A stretch of DNA of 64,000 nt from Candidatus Velthaea sp. (GTDB lineage: Bacteria > Vulcanimicrobiota > Vulcanimicrobiia > Vulcanimicrobiales > Vulcanimicrobiaceae). Shown here piece after piece: positions 10,339 to 20,397 of the stretch. Numbering within the stretch: position 1 is the stretch's first letter; each line of letters opens with the position of its first letter. Location: NCBI GenBank assembly GCA_965214935.1, contig CBDCCS010000018.1:128001-192000 (forward strand), written 5' to 3'. The notes below the pieces were generated by a model. It did not search any database, was not told where the DNA came from, and saw nothing but the letters and a program-made list of their open reading frames with translations. The position numbers and the translations under genes are program-made.

Positions 10339-10971
10339 CTAGGTGGAGTACGAGAGAACGACATGGTCCGGTACGTTTTGTTCGTACTGGATCCAGGTGA
10401 TTTGTGCAGTTCCGGATTGTTCGCGCAGGGGCAGCGGATCGAGACCGCGCTGGGCCGGACCGGCGATATGCTCGCCGACGGTCGTATAGACCGAACCGTG
10501 ACACGGGCACGCAAACTTGCCTGATTGATCGTTATAGGCATAGCGGCAGCCGAGATGCGGACAGATCGGGCTAAAAATGACGAAGCCCATATTGACGACC
10601 GGATACGACAACTTCGCGGCACTCTCAAAGAGTTCGGGCCGTTTGCTTTTCATCGTTGCTTCATCGGTCTTGATCGCCCAGACAAACTCATCGGCCGACG
10701 CTTCGGGCAAGTAGCCATCTTTCGTCTTCACCGCAAAGCTGACTTTAATCGGCTTATCCGTTGCTTTTTTTAGCTGCGCAAGTTCGTCAGCGGTAAGCGG
10801 CGACCAGTTCGATGCAAGCGCATCTTGAGCGGGGATGAGCGACGTTACGACCGGGATCGCAATCCCGAGCCCGATCACTCCGCCGAGGGCAATCGTTGCT
10901 TGCACCATGAAAGTGCGGCGCGTTTGCTCAGCAGGAGTACCTTCGTCTTTATACGCCTCGGCGTGGCCCAT
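10339..10971 (-). CDS. qcrA: Rieske iron-sulfur subunit with Tat signal
   Basis: TRRTF twin-arginine plus TM helix; CPHLGC and CPCHGSVY. Confidence 0.95.
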   Translation of the reverse strand: MGHAEAYKDEGTPAEQTRRTFMVQATIALGGVIGLGIAIPVVTSLIPAQDALASNWSPLTADELAQLKKATDKPIKVSFAVKTKDGYLPEASADEFVWAIKTDEATMKSKRPELFESAAKLSYPVVNMGFVIFSPICPHLGCRYAYNDQSGKFACPCHGSVYTTVGEHIAGPAQRGLDPLPLREQSGTAQITWIQYEQNVPDHVVLSYST

Positions 10972-11102
10972 TGTTTCCCCTAATTAACAGTGCGGCGGTT
11001 ATAAATTGCACGTGCGAAGCCGCGAATACACGGCAAAACGTACGTCGCTTCGTTTCACCAACGGATGTTTTCCTACTGCACTCGGGATGTTAGACTGTTC
11101 CG

Positions 11103-12254
11103 ATGGCGTACGCGGTTCTGATTGTCAGCGCATTCTTCATCGAGATTGCACTCAATCTTCCGCTTGGGTCGTTACCGTTGGCACTCAGCGCCGATCGCGT
11201 AGCGCCGGGCATCGTTGCACTCATTGTCGGCGCCGGTTCGTTTGCCGCATTTGCCGTTAGCATTCCGATCGGCGGACTTGCCGATCGCTATGGCCGCTTG
11301 CTTACAATCCGCATTGCAGCAGTGCTTTGCAGTGCTTCGATGGTCGGACTTGCGTTTGCAACGCACCCGTTCATCGACGGCACGATCATGGCACTGCGCG
11401 GCGTTGCAATCACTGCTTTTATTACGGCAGAATACGCGTACGCTAGTTCGGTGGTGGCACCCGAGCGTGCCGTGACCGCCACGGCAACATTGGGGATGGT
11501 CGGAAATCTCAGCTTTGCGACCGCACCGGCTGCAGGTTTTTGGCTCTGGCAACATGGCGTTTATCGCGAGCAGTATCTCGTCGCTGCGGCCGTCGCTTTC
11601 GCCGGTGCGCTGTGCCTGGTGCGCTTACCGCGAGAAAGCGGCACGCGGGTGCGGCGTTCGCGCAAGATCTTCATCCGTTCGGTCTGGCTGCCGGCAATTA
11701 CGTTTCTTGTTGCCTGCAGTCTGGCCGGCGGAGTGAACGGATCGCTAGCGATTTTAACGTTTGAGGCGCGCGGCATCGCCAATGGTGCGTTGCTTTTTAC
11801 TGCCATGGCGACCACGACGTTTGCATTGCGCTTCCTCGCCGGACGGCTCGTCGACCGCATCGGTCCGCGGCTTGTCTCGATCCCGACGGCACTCGTACAA
11901 TGTGGCGGCGCGCTGCTCGCCGCACACGCGCAATCGCCGCTCCAGGTAACGCTGGCCGGCTTACTGCTGGGCATCGCCTGGTCCGCGGTCGTGCCGATCG
12001 GCATCGCCTTGTTGTTCGAGCGTAGTTCTAAAGCGACGCGCGGCGCGGCGATGGGTTCGTACAACCTTGCCTTTAGCATCGGAATGACGGCCGGTGCGGT
12101 GCTTGCTGCGGCTGCAGCTGCGAGCGGAGCGGGCTACACCACGGCGATGTCGCTCTGTGCGACGGCGGCGGTCGCGAGCGTGCCGTGGCTGTTTGCGAGC
12201 GGCCCGCCGCGAACGGTGCGGCGCCGGGCGCTTCGGCTTGCTACGCAGGGATAG
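11103..12254 (+). CDS. MFS transporter
   Basis: Motif A GGLADRYGR and GRLVDRIGPR; about 12 hydrophobic segments. Confidence 0.9.
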   Translation: MAYAVLIVSAFFIEIALNLPLGSLPLALSADRVAPGIVALIVGAGSFAAFAVSIPIGGLADRYGRLLTIRIAAVLCSASMVGLAFATHPFIDGTIMALRGVAITAFITAEYAYASSVVAPERAVTATATLGMVGNLSFATAPAAGFWLWQHGVYREQYLVAAAVAFAGALCLVRLPRESGTRVRRSRKIFIRSVWLPAITFLVACSLAGGVNGSLAILTFEARGIANGALLFTAMATTTFALRFLAGRLVDRIGPRLVSIPTALVQCGGALLAAHAQSPLQVTLAGLLLGIAWSAVVPIGIALLFERSSKATRGAAMGSYNLAFSIGMTAGAVLAAAAAASGAGYTTAMSLCATAAVASVPWLFASGPPRTVRRRALRLATQG

Positions 12255-12283
12255 CCGCGCGACGTACGGGTAAGGAGTGCAGC

Positions 12284-12520
12284 GTGAACGATCAAGAATT
12301 ACACCAACAAATCGAACGTCTCGTCGCCGAGGAGCACACGCTGTTCGACAAAGGCACCGGGATGTCGTCGGACGACAAGCGGAGGCTCGGCGACGTCAAC
12401 GTTCAGCTCGACAAACTCTGGGATTTGATGCGCCAGCGTCGCGCGCGTGAAGAATTCGGTCAAGACCCCGATAGCGCGCACGAGCGTCCGGCCGAAGTGG
12501 TCGAAGAATACTTGCAGTAA
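12284..12520 (+). CDS. DUF2630 family small protein
   Basis: AAGGAG RBS, GTG start; IERLVAEEH...LDKLWDLMRQRRA...ERPAEVVEEYLQ. Confidence 0.88.
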   Translation: MNDQELHQQIERLVAEEHTLFDKGTGMSSDDKRRLGDVNVQLDKLWDLMRQRRAREEFGQDPDSAHERPAEVVEEYLQ

Positions 12521-12558
12521 GCCGCGACGGGATCATGCCGACGATCGAATGCAAGTGG

Positions 12559-14046
12559 TCAGGACGAACAGCTAACGGATATTTTGGCTGCCCAATCCGG
12601 CGGTGCGTCCGCATAACGCTCGTAGCCGGGATGCTCGTCGAACGGCCGGCGTAAGAGTGCATGCAAAATCGAAATCTCGTCGAAATCGCCGCGTTGCGCA
12701 CGCTCGATTGCCGTCTGCGCGAGATAGTTCCGTAAGATAAATTTCGGATTGACGGCGTTTTTGCTCGACCGGCGTTGCGACGGCGATGTTGTTTCGCCTT
12801 CAAGCCGTGCGCGGTATCGATTCTGCCATGCATACCAGGCGTCACGATCGGAAAAAAACTCGGCGACGGCGTCATCGGCGGGTGAACTGGCTCGATCGAT
12901 CGCCGCGAGTGCGCGAAAGAAGCGTGTGTAATCAACGCGGTCCGCTGCGAGCAGATCGAGCAATGCGCTGATGAGGTCGCTGTCGCCCGGCTCCGCTGCA
13001 ACAAGCCCGAGCTTCGCGCGCATCCGCTCGAGATAGGCCGCGCGATAGGTCGCTTCATACGTTGCCAGCGTGGCGGTGAGATCGTCCTTCGAGATCAGCG
13101 ACAACAACGCGTTGGCCAAGGCGTAGCAATTCCACAAACCGATCGCCGGTTGAGCGTTGAATGCATAGCGGCCGCCGGCATCGGTGTGGTTGCAGATAAA
13201 GCCCGGCTCGTAGACGTCAAGAAATCCGAACGGACCATAATCGAGCGTCAAACCGGCGATCGAGAAATTGTCGGTATTCATGACGCCGTGCGCAAAGCCG
13301 ATGGATTGCCATCCGGCCATGAGCCGGGCGGTCGCCTCGACGATACCGCTGAAGAAGCGCACGTAGCGGCCGGCATCGTCCGGCGCGGCAATCGCTCCAC
13401 GTTCGATCGCGTAATCGGCGAGGAGCGCAACTTCGGCCGATTGGCCGCGTGAAGCAAACAACTCGAACGAGCCGAACCGCACGAACGTCGGCGCCATGCG
13501 CACCAGCACCGCGGCCGTCTCGATCGTTTCACGGTAGACCGCCTCAGCGCTGCCCGTCATCGCCAGTGCACGCGTCGTCGGAATGCCTAAAGCATGGATT
13601 GCTTCGCTGCACAAATATTCGCGAATCGTCGAACGCAGCACCGCGCGGCCGTCGGCGAACCGTGAGAACGCGGTCATCCCGGCGCCTTTGAGTTGCAATT
13701 CCCAACGCGCACCGCTTGGCGTCCGGACCTCACCCAGTAAGAGTGCGCGACCGTCGCCCAACTGCGCCACGAACGTACCGAATTGATGGCCGGCGTAGAT
13801 GGCCGCCAGCGGTTCCATGCCGGGCAGCAAAGCATTTCCCGCTGCGACGTCGACGAAAAGCGCGCGTTGCGCTTGGTCCGCATCGAGCCCGATCAGCGCG
13901 GCGGCGTCCGGGTTGAATGCGATGAGGTGCGGTTCACCGATACCGGTCGGCGTGCGGCGCTCGTAGAATGCCGCGGGTAAGCGCGCGAAGCTGTTATCGA
14001 AACGCAAGCTTTCGAGCGTACCGCCGAGTTGGGCAAGAGTATCCAT
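12559..14046 (-). CDS. selO: Protein adenylyltransferase SelO/YdiU
   Basis: YAGHQFG, LGDGRA, LKGAG, HGVMNTDN, DYGPF, NPKFILRN, C-terminal SCSS; start MDTLAQ at 14046. Confidence 0.97.
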   Translation of the reverse strand: MDTLAQLGGTLESLRFDNSFARLPAAFYERRTPTGIGEPHLIAFNPDAAALIGLDADQAQRALFVDVAAGNALLPGMEPLAAIYAGHQFGTFVAQLGDGRALLLGEVRTPSGARWELQLKGAGMTAFSRFADGRAVLRSTIREYLCSEAIHALGIPTTRALAMTGSAEAVYRETIETAAVLVRMAPTFVRFGSFELFASRGQSAEVALLADYAIERGAIAAPDDAGRYVRFFSGIVEATARLMAGWQSIGFAHGVMNTDNFSIAGLTLDYGPFGFLDVYEPGFICNHTDAGGRYAFNAQPAIGLWNCYALANALLSLISKDDLTATLATYEATYRAAYLERMRAKLGLVAAEPGDSDLISALLDLLAADRVDYTRFFRALAAIDRASSPADDAVAEFFSDRDAWYAWQNRYRARLEGETTSPSQRRSSKNAVNPKFILRNYLAQTAIERAQRGDFDEISILHALLRRPFDEHPGYERYADAPPDWAAKISVSCSS

Positions 14047-14120
14047 CGAAATTTTCAACCGCCGATCGTGGCTCGGCGTTGCGACGCAGCCGGTTGACGT
14101 GTCGCACTCGGCGCTCGCAG

Positions 14121-15296
14121 CTAGGCTGCTTCGCGCGTGACGGGTGCTCCGAACCAAAATACCAGCGCCGCTGCGCACACCAAGAAACCGGAAGTTGCCA
14201 ACGTCAGATTGCTGCCGTAACGCGCCGCGAACGCGCCGAGCAAAAGCGAACCGATCGGAATACCACCTAAGAACGCGAGTGAGAAGATTGCATTCGCCCG
14301 GCCGCGCTGCGTTTCGCTTGCGCATTCTTGAACGTACGTGTTCGCGAGCGCGTACATGAGGGTGTCGACGGTGCCCATCGCCGCGAGCAGCAACAACGCT
14401 GCCCATAACGCGTGGACGAGCGTAAAGAGCACCAGTAACGCAGCGCCGCTGAACGAGGCGATCGGCACAAGCCGGCCTTTGTGCCGCAGGTCGCCGGCAA
14501 TCGCAAGCGCGATCCCTCCGCCGATCGCGCCGATTCCGCCGGCGGCTGCCATCAGACCGTAAAGCCGGGCGTCGGCGCCGAAGCCGTTGCGCGCGATGTC
14601 CGGCAACAGCGCGATGTATGGTGTCACGCCGACCGTAAACGTCGCGATAAAAAGTGAAAAGATGATGATTTCGCGCGGCTGCGCGGCACGCTCGATCGCA
14701 ACGTTTTTTACCGATTCTCGGGGTGTCTTCGATCGCAGCAGCAATGCTAGAACGGCGATCGGCAACGTCAGCACGGCATACGCGGCATAGCCGGCTGCAA
14801 CGCCGATCGTTGCGATCGCCGCACCGCCGACCGCCGGGCCGATGGTCCGTGCAACGGACCACTCGAGGGATGACAAGGCGATCGAACTGCCCAGTTCGTG
14901 CCCGCGGACGATATCGTATAGCCAGGCACGATCGACGGGATGTTCGAGTGCCGTTATGGTTCCGGCGACAAACACGAGTACGAGCAACCACCAAACGGTT
15001 ATGACGCCCGTTGCAATCAGCGCTGCCGATAGCAGAGCGACCATCGCCAACACGATGTTGTTGAGTGCGACCACCGCGCGCCGGTCGTAACGATCGGCCA
15101 AGTCGCCACCGGCAAGCGAGAATAGCAGGTAGGGCAACTGCGCGACCGCCGCGACCGCTCCAAGCCAAAACGGCGAGTTCGTAAAGCTACTGACCAGCCA
15201 GCCCTGCGCGATGAGCGCGATCCAATAGCCGCCGTCGGCAAGCGCCGCCGTAACAAGATAGGCCACGAAACGTCGATTTGAAAGTGCGGCGCCCAT
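14121..15296 (-). CDS. MFS transporter (MFS_3/DHA3-like)
   Basis: GGDLADRYDRR, multiple TMs, QRGRANAIF. Confidence 0.9.
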   Translation of the reverse strand: MGAALSNRRFVAYLVTAALADGGYWIALIAQGWLVSSFTNSPFWLGAVAAVAQLPYLLFSLAGGDLADRYDRRAVVALNNIVLAMVALLSAALIATGVITVWWLLVLVFVAGTITALEHPVDRAWLYDIVRGHELGSSIALSSLEWSVARTIGPAVGGAAIATIGVAAGYAAYAVLTLPIAVLALLLRSKTPRESVKNVAIERAAQPREIIIFSLFIATFTVGVTPYIALLPDIARNGFGADARLYGLMAAAGGIGAIGGGIALAIAGDLRHKGRLVPIASFSGAALLVLFTLVHALWAALLLLAAMGTVDTLMYALANTYVQECASETQRGRANAIFSLAFLGGIPIGSLLLGAFAARYGSNLTLATSGFLVCAAALVFWFGAPVTREAA

Positions 15297-15316
15297 CGGC
15301 CAATGAATACCCTAGC

Positions 15317-15835
15317 ATGCTACGTTTTATATGGGGCGTCGTCGCGACGCTCGCGGTCATATCAGCGGCGATCGTGGTGGTGGTAAAGTTCGGTCTTGTG
15401 CCTGCAACGGCGGACGTTCCACCGCCCGCGCTCGAACGAACGATGGCACATACATCGCTCGATGCAACGATCGCTCGCGATGCGCCGCAGCCGCCATATC
15501 CGTTCGCCTCTTCGGACGCTGCGATCGTCGCCGGCGCGACCTTATACACGCAACACTGCGCGATGTGTCACGGTTCGGCCGACGGCAAGCAAACGGTGCT
15601 TGCCAAAGGCCTGTATATCCGGCCGCCGCAATTCGCCAAACATGGCGTCGACGACGATCCCGAAGGCGAAACGTATTGGAAGATCGAGCATGGCATCCGC
15701 TTTACGGCGATGCCGTCGTACAAGTCCAATCTCAGCGAAGAACAGATCTGGCAGATCACCTACTTCTTAAAGAATCTGCCCGATCGCTTGCCGGCCGAAG
15801 CGCAGACGCAGTGGCATAAAGCCGCCGTCGAATGA
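15317..15835 (+). CDS. Membrane-anchored class I cytochrome c
   Basis: N-terminal TM, CAMCH heme motif, HGIRFTAMP axial Met. Confidence 0.92.
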   Translation: MLRFIWGVVATLAVISAAIVVVVKFGLVPATADVPPPALERTMAHTSLDATIARDAPQPPYPFASSDAAIVAGATLYTQHCAMCHGSADGKQTVLAKGLYIRPPQFAKHGVDDDPEGETYWKIEHGIRFTAMPSYKSNLSEEQIWQITYFLKNLPDRLPAEAQTQWHKAAVE

Positions 15836-15838
15836 CGC

Positions 15839-16828
15839 TTACATCTTATACGAGTGCAGCCCGCTGATGAAAATGTTCACGCCGAGATAGCAGAAGACGA
15901 TCGAGAGAAAGCCGATCACGCTGACCCACGCGGTGCGCGATCCGCGCCATGCGCTACGCGTATGCAAGTGCATGTATGCAGCATAAATGATCCATGATGT
16001 CAGGGCTGCGGTTTCCTTGGGATCCCATTGCCAATAAGCGCCCCAAGCCTCTTTGGCCCACCAAGCGCCCGTGATGATGCCGACGGTAAGCAGCGGCAGA
16101 CCAACAGCAACAATGCGGTACGTCAAAATATCGAGCTTGCCCAGCGACGGTAAGCCGGCAAGCCACAGCCCCCAAAAATCGCCGCGCGCCGCGGCGGCAT
16201 CGATGTGCGGCGTATCGCTACGGATGACACCGACCGCCGGCGCCGGCGCGGCATAAGCGGCCGACATCGAAACGCCGATCGCCGATCCGGCTCCGGCGGC
16301 CGATCCGCGCATTGCTCTGCCCGTCCCCAGGCGCTGCTCGAACGCCGCTTTTAAGAGGTACATCCCCGACACGACAAAGGCGACCATGAATGAGGCGTAC
16401 GATGCGATGACGAGCGGCACGTGGACTTTGATCCAGTACGATTGCAGTGCCGGTACCGCAGGCATGTACCCTTCGTTCCAAGTCGTCGCATAGCCGAGCG
16501 TAATCGCCGCAATGCCCAGGACGCCGAAGCCGATAAACCACAGATCGTACTTTATCGCGAAGATCATGAAAATCAGCACGCCGAACGCGCTAAATAACGA
16601 GAGCGAACCGTAAAGATTAGTCAGCGGCCAAATGCCCGTCATATTCCAGCGCGCGCCGAGTTCGGCGAACTGCGCGATGCAGCCGATCGCCGCAAGCGGC
16701 ATCCCGATTGCTTTGAGCACATTCGAGCGCGAGAGAAAATAGCCGATCAACACTAAGGTGCCGGTGACATACGCGGAGATACCGACGATGAGTAGCGTTT
16801 GATCGAGGGCTTGTTTTGCTGGATCCAT
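15839..16828 (-). CDS. ccsA: Cytochrome c biogenesis system II heme lyase CcsA/ResC
   Basis: WGAYWQWDPKET (WWD motif), LQSYWIKVH, GLHSY. Confidence 0.97.
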   Translation of the reverse strand: MDPAKQALDQTLLIVGISAYVTGTLVLIGYFLSRSNVLKAIGMPLAAIGCIAQFAELGARWNMTGIWPLTNLYGSLSLFSAFGVLIFMIFAIKYDLWFIGFGVLGIAAITLGYATTWNEGYMPAVPALQSYWIKVHVPLVIASYASFMVAFVVSGMYLLKAAFEQRLGTGRAMRGSAAGAGSAIGVSMSAAYAAPAPAVGVIRSDTPHIDAAAARGDFWGLWLAGLPSLGKLDILTYRIVAVGLPLLTVGIITGAWWAKEAWGAYWQWDPKETAALTSWIIYAAYMHLHTRSAWRGSRTAWVSVIGFLSIVFCYLGVNIFISGLHSYKM

Positions 16829-16898
16829 GGACGTACTTCTCCTGTTTTATCGGACGCTTCGTGGTCGTACAAACCACAACAGCGGCTGTCAACTCGTT

Positions 16899-18311
16899 TT
16901 ACGCAGTACCGAACGCGGGCGACGGACTGCGTCTGCTGCGCGGACCATCTTCGGAACGCTTGAGTGCTTCGATGAGGTCGGCAAACTGCTCCTCATAGAT
17001 GGTATAACCTTTGACCGTCGTTGCGGCAATTCCGACGTTCCACGAACGGTTCGAACCGGTGATCTGCACGTACAGCCGCGCCGGCAGCAAGTAAAACGAA
17101 ATGCACAGACCGGCAAGCAGCACGAACGCGCCGATACCAACGAGCGGAATGCCCGGATCGTACCGGTATTGGAAGCCGGAATAAAGCGTGTAACGCGTGG
17201 CGCCCAAGCGATATCCACCGCCCAAGTCAATGCTGCCGCCGAGCGGAATCGACGCACGCCCGACAGCGCGTTCGCCGTCGAAAGCGGTGATGACGACTGC
17301 CGGATCGTTCGGGCGCGGATCGGCTGCCGCCAGTCCGGTGCGCCGATCGATCGTTCCGATAAACTGTGAATATTGAATCGCGCGACTCGTCGTGCCGATC
17401 GGAAACGCCCCACCCTCTTTGAGCGGGCCTTCGGGTGAGGTTGCCAGCCGCCGGCCGTTCTGCGTTAGTGTGAAATCGACGGCGTAACCGTACGACGCTT
17501 GATAATAATCGGTGCCGTCGATATCGAGCGGATGATTGACGCGCAGCAATGCCTTGTGCGGCGCACCGTCGTTTCCAACATACGTCACGTTCGAGACGTA
17601 ATCGATCGGCTGATACACCGTGCCGCTCTTGGTCTGCACCGGATCGATGCGATAACCGAAACGGTCGAGTGTAATGCGCGCGTGCGTCTGCGGGATAACG
17701 GTCGACTGGCCGGAGATCACCGCAGTCGTTCCGCTAAAGCCGCGCGCCCAGTACATTGACGTTCCGGCGGCGATGATAACGAAGCCGACATGGGCGACGA
17801 GCACCCCGCGACGCGCCCAGTTATGCTGATCGGCGAACATCCACTCGTCGCCGCCGATTTCACGTTTGCGGATTTCCCAGCCGCGCGCGGCAAAGAACGC
17901 CTGGACGCGGCCGCGCACGAGTTCTTCATCGCCGCGCACGTTCACCGATGCATTGAGCGGGATCTTGTCGATCTTGACTGCGCGCAACGGCGGCAGCCGC
18001 GCCGGTATCACTCGCTTGAAGGTACAGACGCCGAGCGAGACGAGGATGAGGCCGATGATACCGACGTAGGCCGTCGAGTGATAGATGTTATCGAGGTCGA
18101 GGCGCAAGACGAGGCGCGCTAATTGCGGGGCGTAGTTTTGCCAGTAAAAGCTCGGGTCTTTGCCTTGATCGACGATGACGCCGATCAGCGTGAGCACACC
18201 CCAAACGGCAAACAGCGAAACGGCAAACAGAACGTTGGAAAAAAGCGCAACGAATTCAGCGTACGCTTCACGGATCGGGTTGGATCGAGTACTCAGCTGC
18301 GCGGCGGCCAT
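16899..18311 (-). CDS. resB: Cytochrome c biogenesis protein ResB/CcsB
   Basis: N-terminal TMs, VCT, AHVGF, VNHPL, YQASY, YDPGIPLV. Confidence 0.93.
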   Translation of the reverse strand: MAAAQLSTRSNPIREAYAEFVALFSNVLFAVSLFAVWGVLTLIGVIVDQGKDPSFYWQNYAPQLARLVLRLDLDNIYHSTAYVGIIGLILVSLGVCTFKRVIPARLPPLRAVKIDKIPLNASVNVRGDEELVRGRVQAFFAARGWEIRKREIGGDEWMFADQHNWARRGVLVAHVGFVIIAAGTSMYWARGFSGTTAVISGQSTVIPQTHARITLDRFGYRIDPVQTKSGTVYQPIDYVSNVTYVGNDGAPHKALLRVNHPLDIDGTDYYQASYGYAVDFTLTQNGRRLATSPEGPLKEGGAFPIGTTSRAIQYSQFIGTIDRRTGLAAADPRPNDPAVVITAFDGERAVGRASIPLGGSIDLGGGYRLGATRYTLYSGFQYRYDPGIPLVGIGAFVLLAGLCISFYLLPARLYVQITGSNRSWNVGIAATTVKGYTIYEEQFADLIEALKRSEDGPRSRRSPSPAFGTA

Positions 18312-18320
18312 ACAACTATG

Positions 18321-19097
18321 TTAAGCGAAAGCCGCTTCGCGCTTCCAAGACTTCTCGAGCAGCACGATCACCCAAATTGAAATCTCATAAAGCACGTACA
18401 TCGGCGCCGCGATCAAGAACATCGTCGTGGGCGACGCGTCGGGTGCCAGAATACCGCCCGCGCACAGAATGCCGAAGGCCGCATAGCGGCGGTATTTGCG
18501 CAGCATCGTGACGTTGATGAGCCCGATGCGTGCGAGCAGCACCATGACGACGGGCGTTTGAAAGACGAGCGCAAAGGCGAGCAGTAAGATGAGAATGAGA
18601 TTCATCGTCGATTCGATCCCGAACGTTTCTTCAGCGACTTGGTTGGTGATCATCAACAAGGCCGCGGTGACTTTCGGAATCACCAGGAAGTGGGCGAAGG
18701 CGATGCCGCACAAGCCGAGGATCAACGACGGCGCGACATACGCATACACCATGCGGCGCGTTCGCGGATGAAACGCCGGGACGATAAACATCCAAATTTG
18801 ATATAAGATCACCGGCAGTCCCAGTACGATCGCGCCGTAGATCGAGAACTTGAACTCGACGATAATCACTTCGGCCGGCCCGAACGCGTGCAAGCGGATG
18901 TTCGGAAAATACATATGCGTCAGCCACGGGATGACGTACTGGGACGGCCAGAACAACACGGCGGCGAGCCCGCCGACGACTGCCAGGCAAACGACCATCC
19001 GGTTACGGAGCTCCCGCAGGTGCTCGGTAAACGGCATTTCTTTTTGATCCCAGTCAGGCATGGTACCGGCGTCGCCGGGGCGACGCTCCGCAACCAT
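18321..19097 (-). CDS. tatC: Twin-arginine translocase TatC
   Basis: MPFTEHLRELRNR, YQIWMFIVPA, FQTP, LYEISI. Confidence 0.97.
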   Translation of the reverse strand: MVAERRPGDAGTMPDWDQKEMPFTEHLRELRNRMVVCLAVVGGLAAVLFWPSQYVIPWLTHMYFPNIRLHAFGPAEVIIVEFKFSIYGAIVLGLPVILYQIWMFIVPAFHPRTRRMVYAYVAPSLILGLCGIAFAHFLVIPKVTAALLMITNQVAEETFGIESTMNLILILLLAFALVFQTPVVMVLLARIGLINVTMLRKYRRYAAFGILCAGGILAPDASPTTMFLIAAPMYVLYEISIWVIVLLEKSWKREAAFA

Positions 19098-19109
19098 CAG
19101 CCGGCAATC

Positions 19110-19403
19110 TCAGAGCGACTGAACCGAAGAAGTCCCCGGCGTTGCGGCCGGCGGTTCAACGACCGGCATCGTTGCCGCGGCAGCGTGGCTCTCCGCCCGT
19201 TTGCGAGCCTCCGCCCGCGCGTTTTCCGCTGCAATATCGGCCTCGGCTTGGCCGACGAGGAATTCTTTTTTCGCTTGACCGGCGCTACGGGCGAGCTTCG
19301 GCAGCTTGTCGGCGCCGAAAATTAAGACGCCACCGGCGACCACGAGAATGATCCATGTTTCGGGCCCGAGGAACGCCAGGACGGGAACGAGTGAGTTAAG
19401 CAT
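19110..19403 (-). CDS. tatA: Twin-arginine translocase TatA
   Basis: GGAGG RBS; LIFGADKLPKLARSAGQAKKEF. Confidence 0.93.
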   Translation of the reverse strand: MLNSLVPVLAFLGPETWIILVVAGGVLIFGADKLPKLARSAGQAKKEFLVGQAEADIAAENARAEARKRAESHAAAATMPVVEPPAATPGTSSVQSL

Positions 19404-19431
19404 GTCGATGAGGCCTCCGGCTGGGAAACGG

Positions 19432-20397
19432 CTACTTGAGCAGCGCGTCCGCGATGGCAACGAATTCGGCACGCGCCGGAACGTTCCCCAAGGGCGCAAG
19501 CGCCATCTTCGCCCGTTCGAGGTACTCCGCGATCGCAAGCTTCGTTTTGGCGAACCCGCCGCTCGCGCCAATCCCTCGAACGATACCGGAGATCCGCTCC
19601 CGCGTTTCGTTATCTTCGGTGTAGAAACGTTCGAGATCGGCACGGAATTCCCGATCTGCGCCGTCCAAGGCGAGAATGACCGGCACGGTCATTTTCTTTT
19701 CGCGCAGATCGTTGCCGACCGGCTTGCCCAGGAGAACCTCGTCGCCGGTCATGTCGAGCAAGTCGTCTTGCATCTGAAAAGCGATCCCGTAGTACAAGCC
19801 AAAGTCCGCAACCGCCTGGACGGCAATGGCTTTGCCGCCGCCCATGATCGCTCCGCATTCGCATGACGCCGAAAAGAGCCGCGCCGTCTTCTTCGTCGCA
19901 ACTTCCACGTATTCGGATAGCCGCATCTGCAGGTTGCCGAGCGAACGTAATTGCAGCACTTCGCCGTCGGTAATGTCGGCCAGCGTCGAGCTCAAAATAT
20001 TCGGCACCGGGTGCGGGTAGCCGGCGGTGACGTTTTTGAATATCCAGGCGAAGAGATAATCGCCGGCCAGCACGGAGATCCGGTTGCCGAAATCGACCGC
20101 CGTCGCGTTTACGCCACGGCGCATATCGGCATGATCGACGACGTCATCATGAATGAGCGTCGCGACATGGATCAACTCCATATATGCGGCGATCGGCAGA
20201 TGGTCGGCCGCTCGCGCACCCATCGCTTCGGCGGACAGCAACGTGAAGCGCGGACGCAACCGTTTGCCGCCCGCGGCGAGCATCCGGCGCACCGCCTCGG
20301 TTATGAGGGCATTGTCGGTTGAAAACGAGTTTTGGAAGAAATCCTCGACGAGTGCATACAGGTCGCCGGCCGGATCGTGCCGTTTTTGCAGCATCAA
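19432..20397 (-). CDS. Long-chain polyprenyl diphosphate synthase (HepT/IspB-like)
   Basis: GGKRLRP, HDDVVD...RRG, QDDLLD, GKPVGNDLREKK. Confidence 0.95.
   Translation of the reverse strand: MMLQKRHDPAGDLYALVEDFFQNSFSTDNALITEAVRRMLAAGGKRLRPRFTLLSAEAMGARAADHLPIAAYMELIHVATLIHDDVVDHADMRRGVNATAVDFGNRISVLAGDYLFAWIFKNVTAGYPHPVPNILSSTLADITDGEVLQLRSLGNLQMRLSEYVEVATKKTARLFSASCECGAIMGGGKAIAVQAVADFGLYYGIAFQMQDDLLDMTGDEVLLGKPVGNDLREKKMTVPVILALDGADREFRADLERFYTEDNETRERISGIVRGIGASGGFAKTKLAIAEYLERAKMALAPLGNVPARAEFVAIADALLK

Noticed and set aside
12559..12575. SelO C-terminal TGA as a selenocysteine codon
   Set aside because: Protein ends in the usual bacterial Cys form SCSS; TGA is the normal stop
14047..15168. 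Apparent ~370-aa N-terminal extension of SelO (869-aa ORF)
   Set aside because: Arg-rich off-frame overlap of the MFS gene; SelO homology begins near 14046
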